The notes below the pieces were generated by a model. The model was not told where the DNA came from. It did no database searches and worked only from the letters and a program-made list of their open reading frames with translations. From assembly GCA_013239625.1 (NCBI GenBank), contig MU053557.1, positions 1,681,063 through 1,745,062 on the forward strand: a stretch of DNA of 64,000 nt, given 5' to 3'. The position numbers and the translations under genes are program-made. Source of the stretch: Lama guanicoe (taxonomy: Eukaryota). Shown piece after piece: positions 61,901 through 64,000 of this stretch (its first letter is position 1; every line of letters begins with the position of its first letter).

Positions 61901-62039
61901 CTGAAATATATGTACTAATTTGCATCCAAAAAAATGTAAAGGGAGGTAACTTATGAAGTGAAATGAATGAGTAATTTCGGTATGAATTTGTATTGATTTC
62001 ACCAGACTCTAATTCAGTATTCCACACTGCTGCAGCACT

Positions 62040-62340
62040 TCGTTTATTCAGCCAGTACTTAACAAGCACTTCATGTTCCTGACGTTTCTAGGCTCTGGAG
62101 ATACAAGGATGAACTAAGCAGACAAAATATATTCTCTCAAATTGCTACATTCTAGTAAGAGAGATACACAGTAAACAAGAAAAAAAAAATACATGTATCA
62201 TTACACCCTGTGATAAGAGTCATGAAGGGAACAGCAGGGTGTGATGACAGAAAATAATGAGGGGTTTTCTCCATGATAGCGGTAGGAAAGAGTACAATGA
62301 AGGTGTCCATTAAACTAAAAGCTGAAAGAGTCATTAGCAC
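62040..62340 (-). mobile_element. L2 3' end
   Basis: TTTATTCAGCCAGTACTT...CTAGGCTCTGGAGATACAAGGATGAACTAAGCAGAC. Confidence 0.65.
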
Positions 62341-63209
62341 CCCGGGTCTACAACAGCCAATAAGCTGCAACCATATATCTCAAAGGCAACAAAATTTCCC
62401 TTCCTTGTTCTTTTCCTCTTCCGGCTCCATGTCAAAGCTTGATTCAGCCTATAGATTGTTACCCTTTCCAACTAATGATGAAGTGAGATAGTTATGGGAC
62501 TGAAAGTGCAGCTGAGGTGGTCATTAACTTACTATCAGAGCATCAACATGGAGATGGTAACTTGCTGCCATAAATCCAAACCTTAGTAGTAAATATTTAT
62601 TGGCAGGAAGTCATATTTCCACCCCTGACGGTTCTATTACCACACAGCCATTCAAGGCTGAAAGCCATTTTTAGCAGTTATTTAGCAAACTCTAGGAAGA
62701 TAGAAAATACTGTTTATACCCTTAAAATTCCAGAGAATTGAAACATCTGGTTAAATCAGCAGAAAGAAAATTCTTTTGTTCTGTTCATTAAATCTCTGCT
62801 CAACTGACCCCAAGGCCTCAGAAGACTCCATTTTTCTGTGTTTCTTTTGATTTTCCTCTCTTTAGGCTTTTGGTATCCATGAAGGTCTCAACTTCATATC
62901 TTGGCCAATGGGCCTAATAAATACTGGAGAAATTTCCAGGGTCACTCCCTTCTCATCACTGCACTCTGTCTTTTGCTTACGATATTGCAAATATACAGGA
63001 TATTCCAGTGCATGCCAAATTCTACTATACAGACTATAAAATCCTTGAAGATGTCTTATTAATCTTACGTTCCCCATAGCACTTGGTATGTGCTCAGTAA
63101 ATATAGGAGGCAAAAAAGAATGAGCAAATGAATGGACTGACAAATGAACTTCAGCAAAGAAACCTTAAAATATCCCTTGGTGGCAAAAGCAAAGCAGACA
63201 TTTTCTAGA

Positions 63210-63400
63210 TAAATGGTTCCTAAACCTGGCTGTACATTAGAATAACTTAGTAGCTTATTCAAAATGTAGATGCCTGGGTTCCACTTCCCCTGTTCCCCAA
63301 TATCCAAGAATCTGACTGAGCAGATTTGGCTTAGGTTTAAGAAATTCGTGTTTTAAAAAGTCCTCCTATGTATTTCTAATGTGCAGTAAATTCAAAATCT
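63210..63400. mobile_element. MER5-family hAT-Charlie MITE
   Basis: TGGTTCCTAAACCTGGCTGTACATTAGAATAAC...ATGCCTGGGTTCCAC...TTTTAAAAAGTCCTCC...TTCTAATGTGCAG. Confidence 0.7.
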
Positions 63401-64000
63401 ATTTATCTAGCAATCAGTTTCAACATATAGCACCAGCACAACGTGTCTCTGTTGTGAACAAGTCTGGGGGCTCACAAAGAAATGTACGTTGTTGTCTGTG
63501 ACATTTTTAAAGTTCTTACAAACACAGAGTCTAAATAACCAAAAGAACATAGATCTTTATTCAACTTTAGCTTTCAGAATAGTTAGTGAAGTTAACATTT
63601 TCATCTAATAAATCTTGTTTTCACCATGTAGCTTCAATGCAATAGAATTAAACATTTTTAATAGAGTTGCTGCTTCTTCCTCTATGTCACACTAGGTGCT
63701 CTGAAGGCCTTTTGCATGACAAAACAACTAGACCTTGGTAAAAATCCCATTTTTATTGCATTGTTATAATTCTAGAAAATAAGAAATCTCTATTTCCGTA
63801 ACAGGAGGAAAGTGTGCTGATCCCATAGCAGTGAACAGTAAGCACATCCAAAAACCATGGGTTGCTCTGAGAAAATAATTTATATCACAGCTGCGCTGGT
63901 GATACCAAACTTTGACCCAGAAGCAAGGTTAAAAATAAAAAAAACTGAATCTGATAAATGGTGCTGGAAAAACCAGACAGCTACACACAGAAGAACCAAA

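Noticed and set aside
1..64000. ORF-track entries of 60-151 aa as protein-coding genes
   Set aside because: None resembles a protein I recognise except L1 ORF remnants. Many lie in L2, MIR or LTR sequence, most have no splice support, and such lengths are expected by chance.
1..64000. Prokaryotic-type systems (CRISPR arrays, operons, defence islands)
   Set aside because: The sequence is mammalian, with no repeat-spacer array and no dense gene organisation. The 30-bp and 39-bp repeats are head-to-tail with no spacers.
1..64000. Assigning a host gene or transcription direction from L1 strand bias
   Set aside because: Young L1 ends occur on both strands in similar numbers and no exon anchors the locus.

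Overview
This is AT-rich, CpG-depleted mammalian genomic DNA with no CpG island, and it reads as intronic or intergenic. It is most likely camelid: it carries four tRNA-Ala-derived Vic-1-like SINEs and cetartiodactyl-type L1 3' UTRs, and I saw no Alu, BovB/Bov-A, PRE1 or Can-SINE. I found no recognisable protein-coding exon, and the ORF track is explained by chance ORFs and degraded L1 ORF1/ORF2 remnants. The window is dominated by interspersed repeats: a ~5.2 kb decayed L1 (31.8-37.0 kb), many short L1 3' ends, L2 and MIR fragments, MaLR/ERVL solo LTRs, and DNA-transposon MITEs (MER3, MER5, Tigger2a-like, MADE2). The most informative details are retrotransposition footprints: a 5'-truncated U6 snRNA retrocopy with target-site duplication (TSD), a SINE with its tRNA cloverleaf deleted, an L1 with a likely short 3' transduction, and an inverted (twin-priming-like) L1 with a large internal gap. 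There are also local tandem duplications, a perfect 20-bp palindrome centred on a p53-family half-site, and several repeat-free motif clusters that may be enhancers. I cannot support a new biological system from this sequence. Repeat family names come from recalled consensus sequences, and boundaries of old repeats are approximate.
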